A DNA stretch of 64,000 nucleotides from a virus, in the IMG/VR virus record IMGVR_UViG_3300009084_000003, positions 325 to 64,324 of that record; one strand, 5' to 3'. The notes beneath the pieces are model-generated. The model was not told the origin of the DNA. It saw only the letters and a program-made list of their open reading frames with translations, and searched no databases. Both the position numbers and the translations under genes were made by a program. Shown piece by piece: positions 8,261 through 16,560 of the stretch. Numbering within the stretch: the first letter of the stretch is position 1; every line of letters starts with the position of its first letter.

Positions 8261-8880
8261 GTGTCGATGTGATGACCTTCGGCTGAAGGGATGTTGACAA
8301 ACTCGCCGAACGTCGCTAGCAGACGATCGTCAATAGGTGGCCGTAGTCGTCCCACGCAAAGTAGCGTCGAACGCCGTTGGCGATTTCCATGTCGCACCTT
8401 CAAGTGGCGGAGATCATCCCGCCTTCAAGCTCCCCGACGGTTTCTATGCCGCTCACATGGGGGAGTGCTGAAGGTCATCACATCGAGACTCACGAAGAGT
8501 GCTCGTGAGAGAACACGGGGCGTGGGGCCGTCCCCGTGTTCTCACACCAACACTCGAAAGTCGAGTGGCCCGACACCTGGCCCATAGACCCGGCGTGTTA
8601 TTGGAACCACTTAGAGGCATCCGCTCTAGATCGGCCCTCCCCTCAACCCGGACAGTTCGTTGGATACATAACCTCATCTCTGCCGCATCCCGACTTGTTC
8701 AGGATGTTGGGCGCGGACTATTGGCGTCTTCACTTGAAGCCGAGTCGAGGCCCTCATCGCCCACTATTGAGCCGCTACCCCTCGGAAGGAGCGCATTAGC
8801 TCGGGACAGTCACGCTGTCAGGCGTCGAGACCACTCGTGAGAGCCTTCCAGGGCCGTTGTTTCCCTAGAAGACTCACACC
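8261..8880 (-). ncRNA. candidate large structured non-coding RNA or leader
   Basis: no convincing long ORF; 23-bp long-range inverted repeat and at least five further hairpins; strand inferred from neighbours. Confidence 0.4.
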
Positions 8881-8885
8881 AGCGG

Positions 8886-9188
8886 TCACGGATATACCGT
8901 GACGGTGTGCTGAGAGTAGACGTAGCACTTACCACCCTTGTCGGCTGGCTCCTCACTCAAGAACCGAGGAACCTCCCAAGTCCCTCGCCCATCGGCAATG
9001 ACCTCGATCGGGGAGTGGTAGTTGGCCTTCCGCCCGTTGAGGTGAATGACCACCTCGATCCGCTCTTCCTCCCCTTCCCGCCTGGCCCGCTTCGCGCACC
9101 CAGCGCAACTCCTCGACCTGTATCCGGTCAGAGCCCCATCCTCGCCCAGAGTATGGTCGTGGGTGTATCCGAAGTCGTCAAGACTCAC
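8886..9188 (-). CDS. hypothetical protein (FGYTHxH...CAGC paralog 1)
   Basis: GTGA overlap with upstream gene. Confidence 0.7.
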   Translation of the reverse strand: MSLDDFGYTHDHTLGEDGALTGYRSRSCAGCAKRARREGEEERIEVVIHLNGRKANYHSPIEVIADGRGTWEVPRFLSEEPADKGGKCYVYSQHTVTVYP

Positions 9189-9532
9189 TTCTCCTCCTTC
9201 TCGACCAGTATGGAACTCGAGTAGGCCGTTCGGTAAACAGCGTTGACCCGCTCGGTCCCCACATAGGTGACCACTGGCGGGATGAACTCCCTGGGCTGAT
9301 TGTGATTCTCGTCCCGCTCGTCACACCCAGCGCAACCCGACCTGTAACGCGCCAGAGTCCCATCCTCGTTCAGAGCATGGGTGTGGGTGTACCCGAAGGT
9401 GTCGATCTCGGGCTGGCTCAACTTCCACTGAAGGTAAGCCTCCTGCCCCTGCACCGTCGAAAGGTCAAACCCCGAGGTGCTCACAAACTCCACCCCCAAC
9501 CGCTCGCCGCTCATGGCAACCTCTCGACCCAC
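9185..9532 (-). CDS. hypothetical protein (FGYTHxH...CAGC paralog 2)
   Basis: shares an ~30-aa block with 8886..9188. Confidence 0.7.
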   Translation of the reverse strand: MGREVAMSGERLGVEFVSTSGFDLSTVQGQEAYLQWKLSQPEIDTFGYTHTHALNEDGTLARYRSGCAGCDERDENHNQPREFIPPVVTYVGTERVNAVYRTAYSSSILVEKEEK

Positions 9533-9714
9533 TCGAAAGCTAGGTCTTCGGTCGCAAGCGTGGGGGAACTCGTCCCCTTATTGCCAGTCCAGAAGTAGCC
9601 ATCGCTGGCCACGAACAGAGACAAGGTCTCCCCCGTGGTGCGGTTGTCCACCGCAGAGATTCGCAGGTTCAACCAGCCCGTCGGGTCAGACCCAACAACC
9701 TCCTCGTCGTTCAT
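9511..9714 (-). CDS. hypothetical protein
   Basis: ORF in operon. Confidence 0.6.
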   Translation of the reverse strand: MNDEEVVGSDPTGWLNLRISAVDNRTTGETLSLFVASDGYFWTGNKGTSSPTLATEDLAFEWVERLP

Positions 9715-9717
9715 GGC

Positions 9718-9870
9718 CTACCACCTCACCTTGTGGTCTCGCAGGCGAGCCTCTCGGCAGTACTCCACTGGGGTCAAGGTTCGCACCCCAGCATCGTCGT
9801 AAACAACGAAGTCGCCTTTCTCCTCCATCAACACGATGGTGATGGCCTCCGGCTCGTCCTCGCCGGTCAT
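9718..9870 (-). CDS. 50-aa hypothetical protein (not in ORF track)
   Basis: MTGEDEPEAITIVLMEEKGDF...; ATGA overlap and SD GAGGAG. Confidence 0.65.
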   Translation of the reverse strand: MTGEDEPEAITIVLMEEKGDFVVYDDAGVRTLTPVEYCREARLRDHKVRW

Positions 9871-10040
9871 GGCTGCATCTCCTCAAGCCACGCGTACAGC
9901 GCCCCCTCGAAAGGAGAGCAAGGCTGAGGCTCGCAAGGGGGATCGTAGAGCGAGTACACCCTGCCCGGCTCACAATCTTCTCGTGCAGGTGCCCCCAATG
10001 CGAACATCAGGGTTCTCACCGCCGGCTCGTCCTCGGTCAT
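9867..10040 (-). CDS. 57-aa hypothetical protein (not in ORF track)
   Basis: MTEDEPAVRTLMF...; tight packing. Confidence 0.6.
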   Translation of the reverse strand: MTEDEPAVRTLMFALGAPAREDCEPGRVYSLYDPPCEPQPCSPFEGALYAWLEEMQP

Positions 10041-10042
10041 CT

Positions 10043-10219
10043 TCACTTGAGTGCCATCCTCTCCAAGGTCCGCTCGTACTGAGCGACCCCCACGGCCTCC
10101 TCGACACTTGCGATCGCCTTGCGGATCAAGATGCGATTCCCCAGGTCAAGCTGACCCAGCGCGTCGATCTTGTCAGCCAACGCCCGCAAATGCGTCGTTG
10201 AAACCACTCGCTCACTCAT
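10043..10219 (-). CDS. 58-aa hypothetical protein, first gene of the leftward unit (not in ORF track)
   Basis: MSERVVSTTHLRALADKIDAL...; SD GAGGAGG. Confidence 0.7.
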   Translation of the reverse strand: MSERVVSTTHLRALADKIDALGQLDLGNRILIRKAIASVEEAVGVAQYERTLERMALK

Positions 10220-10330
10220 CAAAGCCCTCCTCAGAGCTAGTAGGTACCCCCTAGAGAGACCTCTCCACAGAAAGGGGAGGGGGGAGGGGGGAGAGGTACC
10301 CCCCCGGATTCCTTACTCATTTCTCCCGGA

Positions 10331-10585
10331 TCGAACAAACGTTCGCTAGGGGTCAATCGAACAAACGTTCGAGACCGCCCTATCGAACAAACGTTCGACG
10401 AGAACAACTAAAGCCGATCGAACAAACGTTCGACTGACAGCGATCGAACGAGTGTTCGATGAGAACAACTAAGTCGATCGAACAGAGGTTCGACCAAAGC
10501 CTATCGAACAAACGTACTGCCGGCCGGAATCGAACAAACGTACGACTGCAACCTAGATGACCTAGGGAATCGAACAACCGTTCGA
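10331..10585. promoter_or_regulatory. tandem array of nine LexA/SOS boxes (TCGAAC-N4-GTTCGA)
   Basis: starts at 10331, 10357, 10383, 10418, 10444, 10478, 10504, 10530, 10570; six perfect, two with one mismatch, one degenerate. Confidence 0.85.
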
Positions 10586-10597
10586 CTGCAACCTTCA

Positions 10598-10623
10598 CCA
10601 TTCGGTAAACAGTGTTGACCGAA
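10598..10623. repeat. 26-bp palindromic direct repeat CCATTCGGTAAACAGTGTTGACCGAA, left copy
   Basis: identical to 12016-12041. Confidence 0.95.
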
Positions 10624-10862
10624 CGCCACGACGCAACGAAGCGCACCGACGACAATGGCGACACCAAGGGCACCGGAACTACGCGGACCGGGGCAACGAA
10701 CGAGCAAGGGCAACGAACGGGCAAGGGGAGAACCGAGCCGCAGGAGCGAGCCGACGAGCAACGAACAGACAATGGCGCGCCTAGGTGCACCGAAACTGCG
10801 CGGCACTCTGATAGCGTTCCGAACTGGTGGTCCGAACAGACGAGGCCCGCCGAGAGGATGAC

Positions 10863-12014
10863 ATGTCGAACCGATCAACACTGACGAGAAACGCAGTCCG
10901 TTTCTCTGAGCAGACAGACCACGAAGCGCGGGTGCTTGAGAGCGAAGAACTTGCCGAGTTGGAATACCGAGGGGTGAACACGCGGAGCTACTCGCTACGC
11001 ACGTCTAAGGCGTTCCGAACGAGCGAATGGGCCTACTTGACCGAACAGGATTTAGTGGACGCTACAGCCGACTACACGGCACGCCTTGAGGCTGTGAAGC
11101 GTGACGTCAAGGCGAAGCGACTGACAGGAGCTACGGCGAAGAGAGCACTCCGCAACGCAGAGCACGCGCTCACCGTTGCCGAGCGTCAGACACTCGACAG
11201 CGTGACCCGCGAGGACGACACTGACTTCGACCCGCTGATCGCTGATCTCATCATCGGCAAGTGTGCTACCGGGCAGTACGTGATGCCCAGTAGCGACGCC
11301 ATCCTGATCACGTCGAAAGACCCGATGGCAGTCACGAAGTGGTCCGCGGACCTTGAACACGCGGCGACGATGTTCCTTCATGCTCATGGCGTGCGCACTA
11401 CTGCCCGACCCGACGTGTTGCCACGGTACGCCACGCGACGTCGTGCGATGAGCGATGACGTCGCATTCAAGGGTACGGCTCGGTATGCCCTTCCCAAGCC
11501 ATGCCGAGTCGGCTCTCTGGGCAATGAGCCCGCGGAACTGGGCAACGTCGAAACGCACGTCACGGAGCTACTCGTCACGCCGCGTTTCGTGCTTGTTGAC
11601 GGTGTGCTGACACTGAACAACGGGCGCGTTCGTAAGGCGTGGCGCGGCCACCGTTCGATCCTCGTTCGACTGTCGTCAAGGCGAAGCGCGAGCGAGACGA
11701 CGCGCAAGGCGAGGCGCGCCCAGTCAGTCGCGACCGACAAGGTGGCGAAGCGTGGCCCGGCCCGCGATCCGTGGAACCTTTCGCCGCGGAGCATTCCCGC
11801 CCGACTCAAGGCGACGACGGGCGCTACCGAACTTGCCCTACGCCTTGAGTCGGTACTGCGCACGTCGACCTACGGCGCGACCCTCTCGCTGAGCGATGGG
11901 ACAACGGTGGCACTCACCGACGTTTCGTTGAGTACAGCCCAGTATCGGGACGTCGCCTATCCGGTCCGCGAACTGTCACGCCGCGCCGCGCTCGCCGGGC
12001 TCACTGTCGAGTAG
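10863..12014 (+). CDS. orphan basic protein (383 aa), function unknown
   Basis: SD GAGAGG before ATG 10863; long ORF; no family recognised. Confidence 0.8.
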   Translation: MSNRSTLTRNAVRFSEQTDHEARVLESEELAELEYRGVNTRSYSLRTSKAFRTSEWAYLTEQDLVDATADYTARLEAVKRDVKAKRLTGATAKRALRNAEHALTVAERQTLDSVTREDDTDFDPLIADLIIGKCATGQYVMPSSDAILITSKDPMAVTKWSADLEHAATMFLHAHGVRTTARPDVLPRYATRRRAMSDDVAFKGTARYALPKPCRVGSLGNEPAELGNVETHVTELLVTPRFVLVDGVLTLNNGRVRKAWRGHRSILVRLSSRRSASETTRKARRAQSVATDKVAKRGPARDPWNLSPRSIPARLKATTGATELALRLESVLRTSTYGATLSLSDGTTVALTDVSLSTAQYRDVAYPVRELSRRAALAGLTVE

Positions 12015-12015
12015 G

Positions 12016-12041
12016 CCATTCGGTAAACAGTGTTGACCGAA
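12016..12041. repeat. 26-bp palindromic direct repeat, right copy
   Basis: identical to 10598-10623. Confidence 0.95.
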
Positions 12042-12080
12042 TAGGGGACCGTTCGCAATCGCGGGCGGTCCCCTATTCGG
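12037..12080 (+). terminator. 15-bp perfect hairpin after the orphan gene
   Basis: CCGAATAGGGGACCG / CGGTCCCCTATTCGG. Confidence 0.7.
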
Positions 12081-12447
12081 GGCCGCGATGGCAGGCGCGT
12101 GCCATTCCCTCTAGTCCCGACCATCCGATGTGTTACACCTTCCACTGTTCCTTCTACTGGTTTGCAGGGGGGGTTTGGCGGTTGCCGACCCTCCTGTCCC
12201 GTCCAGGCCGGTAAACAGGCCGTTTGCGGGCTCTAGAGAGGGGGTTGGGGTGCATGGGTGGGTGCCGGGTTGGCTCTTGCGTGGGTGGGGGCCATGATGT
12301 AAGATGTGTTACACCGTCGGTTCCGTTGTGGACCGCACTAGGGAAGAGGGTTGGAATGGACAGGTTCTGGGTGGGTTGGGCGATAGGTCTGGTCGGTGGT
12401 TTGGCTGGGGTTTTGGCTGGGGTTTACTTCGCTTGGTGGTGGAAGTG

Positions 12448-12792
12448 ATGTGCTGGTCGTGTGTTGTGAGTGAGTTTGTCAATGCCGGGTTGACGCCTGA
12501 ACAGGTGGAGATCACTCCCGAAATGGACCGCTTGGCGGGGGCGATCTGGGCGTGGTATCAGATGCCCGGCAATGAGGCGGGCGGTGTGTTGCACGTCGTA
12601 ACAGACGACTTCAACATCGACGATCACAGCTTGGACTTCTGCTCTACCTTTGAGGCCGAGAGCCTCGACGCCGAATACGCCGAGGCTCGGGACTTCATCA
12701 TCGACGGCATGCGCGTCCTCTCTATCCCAGAGCGCGCTCTGGTTGTGTGGCATGGCTTTGTCTCACCCGAGACGCGCAGGGTGGTGAAGTGA
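12448..12792 (+). CDS. hypothetical protein
   Basis: TGATG overlap; MCWSCVVSEF... Confidence 0.7.
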   Translation: MCWSCVVSEFVNAGLTPEQVEITPEMDRLAGAIWAWYQMPGNEAGGVLHVVTDDFNIDDHSLDFCSTFEAESLDAEYAEARDFIIDGMRVLSIPERALVVWHGFVSPETRRVVK

Positions 12793-13310
12793 TGGGTTCC
12801 CATCTGGACCTGTTGGTGGGGTTGCTCGAAGTGGACCCTTGGGGGCCTGCTGATCATGAGACCGGGGACTCGACCTGTCACTACTGCGGTTCGGGAGTCC
12901 TCGGGACGCGAGTGCAGGGGGAACATGTTGAGTACTTCCACTTCAGCGACTGCGTGTGGGTTCTGGCCTGTGCCGAGGTGGGGATGGCTTTGCCCTCCAC
13001 CCACGGCATCTACGTCCCTCCCCCGCCTGTGGCCTGTGGTGAATGCGGCTACACCTATACCTACGACGATCACGGCCAAGTCACCGGCCACGGTGATCGT
13101 GAGGTCCACGACGCTCACTGGCTCGCAACAGTCCGCGCTGACACTCGGCGCGCAATTGCTGACGCTTTCCCCTTGCTTCGCCCGCGGCGCGGCGCTGTCC
13201 TGCCTCCCCTTCCCGCCTCGGGTGGCAAGATCACCACTTCCGATGGTCAGGTCTACGAGACCAACGAAAGAACCATTCGCGCCGAGATCATCATGCCCTG
13301 GACACCCTGA
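12792..13310 (+). CDS. hypothetical protein with CxxC pairs
   Basis: TGATG overlaps at both ends. Confidence 0.7.
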   Translation: MGSHLDLLVGLLEVDPWGPADHETGDSTCHYCGSGVLGTRVQGEHVEYFHFSDCVWVLACAEVGMALPSTHGIYVPPPPVACGECGYTYTYDDHGQVTGHGDREVHDAHWLATVRADTRRAIADAFPLLRPRRGAVLPPLPASGGKITTSDGQVYETNERTIRAEIIMPWTP

Positions 13311-13549
13311 TGCCAACTCGCATTGGCTCAGGCCAAATCGTTCTCCCCGGTCACCACTACAGCCCACCGCACCTCTGTAGCCCACCTTGCCGCCCTGGGG
13401 CGTGGACAACCCCCGTCCCGGTTCCCGTAGACCTGGACGGGGCCGTTTGGCGCTGCGACTGCGGTTACTACTGGTGGGCGGTTGACAATTACTGGCGTTC
13501 GATCTCCGCTCGCAAGGCCCGGCGTCTCATCCGAAAGGCTCAGAAATGA
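13310..13549 (+). CDS. hypothetical Cys/Trp-rich protein
   Basis: tight packing. Confidence 0.6.
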   Translation: MPTRIGSGQIVLPGHHYSPPHLCSPPCRPGAWTTPVPVPVDLDGAVWRCDCGYYWWAVDNYWRSISARKARRLIRKAQK

Positions 13550-13785
13550 CCAAGCGTTCCAAGGGCGGCAAGCCAGCCGTCAACCCTCCCTCACCGTCCA
13601 AGAGCCAGGCCCGACCGCCCTCAGCCCCCATGCGGTTGTGTTGCTTCCAGCGCCACTTCGGCGTGACCTGCCCCGATGGTCTCACTATGTGCTGTGTGTG
13701 CTTCGAGCGCTTCCCGTACGACCAACTCGCCTCTGACAGTCGCGGCCAGAAGATGGACGTCTGCTCCTCCTGCGGGTGGCCCTGA
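13546..13785 (+). CDS. hypothetical zinc-finger-like protein
   Basis: CPDGLTMCCVC...CSSCG; ATGA overlap. Confidence 0.6.
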   Translation: MTKRSKGGKPAVNPPSPSKSQARPPSAPMRLCCFQRHFGVTCPDGLTMCCVCFERFPYDQLASDSRGQKMDVCSSCGWP

Positions 13786-14102
13786 TGAGCGATCCTGACT
13801 ACGGCCCCATTCAGGTGGATGCCTTCATCCAGATGGCCAAGAACGTCATCTGCCAGCCCGGTCAACCGTGGGTCACCGACGAAACCTGGCCTGCCTCAGA
13901 CCACGGGCACACCCTGTGCTACTTCGTCGGCTCCCTTCTCGCCCTCGTTCTCGCCCAGAGAGCCTGGATCGACCAGGCGTACGACGAACTTGGTGATCTG
14001 AGGAGCCAGAACGGCGATGACTACCTCTACCAGAAGCACAACGAGCGGGTCTTCTGTGAGCTGCGCGACGCCTATTTGCGCATCCACAACACCACCTTCT
14101 GA
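13785..14102 (+). CDS. hypothetical protein
   Basis: TGATG overlap. Confidence 0.65.
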   Translation: MSDPDYGPIQVDAFIQMAKNVICQPGQPWVTDETWPASDHGHTLCYFVGSLLALVLAQRAWIDQAYDELGDLRSQNGDDYLYQKHNERVFCELRDAYLRIHNTTF

Positions 14103-14274
14103 CCACTCTGCGTCAACAGAATGTGTTACAAAGTGGCCCCCACCCACCGTCCGGTAACCCCGAATTGCCCAAATTGACCACTTTCCGTCGACATTTGGCC
14201 CTTTTTGCCTCTTGTCAGCCCGATTTGGGTGTGTTACACTCTATTTCGTCCCCCAAACGCCAAAGGAGCGCCCA

Positions 14275-14463
14275 ATGGGCCTAATGCCCGACGTACACCG
14301 CGGAGCAACCCTCACCCGAGAGCAGTACGCCGCCCTCGAAGCAGCAGGGAAGCTGACTCGCCCGATCAACAGCCCCCCGATGGGCCGTCGCTCCAGCAAG
14401 GTCTCCTTCGTCCCCGACACCCCGACCAAAGGTCGCGACACGAAGTCCGGCAGGCTCTCATGA
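14275..14463 (+). CDS. small basic hypothetical protein
   Basis: SD AAAGGAG before ATG 14275. Confidence 0.6.
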   Translation: MGLMPDVHRGATLTREQYAALEAAGKLTRPINSPPMGRRSSKVSFVPDTPTKGRDTKSGRLS

Positions 14464-14575
14464 GGCCGATGGAGCGGATGCTCTACATCTTCATTGCCAT
14501 GAATCTGGTCACCGACGATGTTTGGAAGGCTCTGGTTGTTTCCGTCCTTCTGGTGGCTGCCTTGCAGGTGGCACC

Positions 14576-14815
14576 ATGACCGCCTTCCGTGATGCCATCT
14601 ACCTCGCAGCGCGTGAAGGCATCGACGCGAACGGGCACTTTGACCGGGAAGTTGCTGACGTCGTGCTCGACATGCCCGAGATGCAGGCCATCAAGACAGC
14701 ATTGCTGGACAGGTTCGCCCCACTCGCATGGTCCGATCCTCAGCCCGACGTCAGCGAGTGGGACATGCGCGTTGCTGGTCTACCCGATTCCATCATCGAG
14801 TGGGTGCTGTCGTGA
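14576..14815 (+). CDS. hypothetical protein
   Basis: ATGA overlaps. Confidence 0.6.
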   Translation: MTAFRDAIYLAAREGIDANGHFDREVADVVLDMPEMQAIKTALLDRFAPLAWSDPQPDVSEWDMRVAGLPDSIIEWVLS

Positions 14816-14912
14816 CCGGCGGGCTGCTGCTGTTGGCGGTGGTGTTGATCGCTGGCCCACTGATCGTGTTCGTGGTGATCTGGCGCGACCAGAAGAACGA
14901 GCGGAGGCGTCC

Positions 14913-15143
14913 ATGAGCATGACCGTGGAAATCAAGGTCAACGGCGAGCTGGTCCACCAGTTGTACATCGTGAACCGCGGTGAGAGCGACCGTGCCGACC
15001 TGATTCCCGACGAGCGCCTCTACCAATGGGAATGTGACCTAGGTACGGTCCAAGGCGTGGTCGCCCACCGTCGCAACGATGGCGCTCTCGCCTTGGTGGC
15101 CGTAGTTGCTGGGCTCGCCCACCGCGCTATGGGGGGTTCATGA
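14913..15143 (+). CDS. hypothetical protein
   Basis: MSMTVEIKVNGELV...; ATGA overlaps. Confidence 0.6.
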   Translation: MSMTVEIKVNGELVHQLYIVNRGESDRADLIPDERLYQWECDLGTVQGVVAHRRNDGALALVAVVAGLAHRAMGGS

Positions 15144-15405
15144 CCTGCCTGGCCCGTTCCCGCTATCACCGCAAGTCAATGCCGCATTCGTTCACCTCGT
15201 CGCTGCGCGTCGGCGACCAACCCAAAGTGATGCACTGTTCCTGGTGCTGGAAGGAAGGAAAAATGAGTGACACAAGCGACCCGCCTATGGCGTCTCTCGT
15301 CGTCAAGCAGATTGTGCGGTTGTCCTGCACCGACTGTGGGCGTGAATTATCCTATGGCGGCGGCTTTTCCGGGCAACGCTGCGCCGCCTGTTCTGGCGGC
15401 GACCT

Positions 15406-15576
15406 ATGAGCTGGCGGGGCATTGAATCATCCAGTGAATGGTGGGACCACCAGGCTCGGGTTCTCAAGCCGCCGATGGCGATTGAGTATCCCGAAATGAA
15501 GGAATGGCGGCAGACGCAAATCGACGCCGGGGCGACCGTCCTGACGCAAGAAGAATGGAGAAAGATTCATGGGTGA
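15406..15576 (+). CDS. 56-aa hypothetical protein (not in ORF track)
   Basis: MSWRGIESSSEWWDHQ...; fills the gap with overlaps at both ends. Confidence 0.6.
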   Translation: MSWRGIESSSEWWDHQARVLKPPMAIEYPEMKEWRQTQIDAGATVLTQEEWRKIHG

Positions 15577-15814
15577 CCGACCGAAATGGGCGAAAGCCAT
15601 CAAGAACTTCGTCACCGACGAAGTGATCGACGAGAAATACAACTACCCGATGGATGGTTCCGATGACGAAATCTTGGACCGCATCGCTGGTGCCGTTCTT
15701 GCCGCTCTTTGGGCTGAATATGGGCACGAGTTCGTGCACGACCATTGTGGCATCCCCGAGCATCGCTTCTGCATTCACTGCGATCAGCGGGCGACCAGTT
15801 TGGGCCTGTCATGA
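15569..15814 (+). CDS. hypothetical protein
   Basis: ORF in operon. Confidence 0.65.
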   Translation: MGDRPKWAKAIKNFVTDEVIDEKYNYPMDGSDDEILDRIAGAVLAALWAEYGHEFVHDHCGIPEHRFCIHCDQRATSLGLS

Positions 15815-16035
15815 GCGCTGACGGGAAGCTGTACGGCAAGTACAACGTCTTCCGCCTCGACAGGGCGGAAGAAGACTCAGAGTCAAAGCACTATTTGGGC
15901 TGCGCCTATTTCGTGCTCGACCTGGACCACGACCCCTACGCCGCCGCTGCTCTCTATGCGTATGCGAACGCGTGCAAAGACACCCACCCCATCCTCTCGG
16001 AAGAGTTGATGAGTAGAGCATTGGAGATGAAATGA
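15811..16035 (+). CDS. conserved phage hypothetical protein
   Basis: LYGKYNVFR...YFVLDLDHDPYAAAALYAYA pattern. Confidence 0.7.
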   Translation: MSADGKLYGKYNVFRLDRAEEDSESKHYLGCAYFVLDLDHDPYAAAALYAYANACKDTHPILSEELMSRALEMK

Positions 16036-16376
16036 GCCACACTTCGGCCGCCCACTGGGGGGCCATCGACGCCGCGCACCTTGACCATCAACGAGCCTGG
16101 TCTCGCGAAACCTTCGGCCCTGGTGCTCGCCTGAATGGAGTACTCGATCACATCCGCAAAGAACTCAGCGAGATTGAGGCCGACCCCACCGATCTGGGTG
16201 AGTGGGTCGACGTCATCATTCTGGCGTTCGACGGCGCGTGGAGGGCGGGCTGGGAGCCGCAGGAGATCATCAACGCCATCAAGACAAAGCAGTTTGTGAA
16301 TGAGCAGCGCACCTGGCCCGACTGGCGCACCATGTCACCCGACCAAGCGATCGAGCACGATCGGAGCGGGGAATGA
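16032..16376 (+). CDS. DUF550 / dATP-dGTP diphosphohydrolase-like (all-alpha NTPase)
   Basis: WSRETFGPG...LDHIRKELSEIEADPTDLGEWVDVIILAFDGAWRAG. Confidence 0.8.
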   Translation: MSHTSAAHWGAIDAAHLDHQRAWSRETFGPGARLNGVLDHIRKELSEIEADPTDLGEWVDVIILAFDGAWRAGWEPQEIINAIKTKQFVNEQRTWPDWRTMSPDQAIEHDRSGE

Positions 16377-16560
16377 CTTGGAGGGAACTACAGGAAGCGG
16401 TGGCGAATGAAGCTGCGCGCCTTGGCGTGTCACTCGACGACGTCGAAGTGTGGCTGAGCGATGACCCCTACTGCGTCCTCGCCGACGTAAGGGTCGACTT
16501 GTGTCGCAATGACTCTCCGCACACAAGGCGTCTGCGTCTCCCGCATATTGAGCTGCTGTC

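Noticed and set aside
10331-10585. CRISPR or mini-CRISPR array
   Set aside because: Repeats are 16 bp, spacers are 10-24 bp and partly repeat each other (GAGAACAACTAA twice), no cas genes; the repeat matches the LexA box.
10237-12341. CTAG clustering (nine sites)
   Set aside because: Near random expectation for this length; depletion elsewhere was not quantified.
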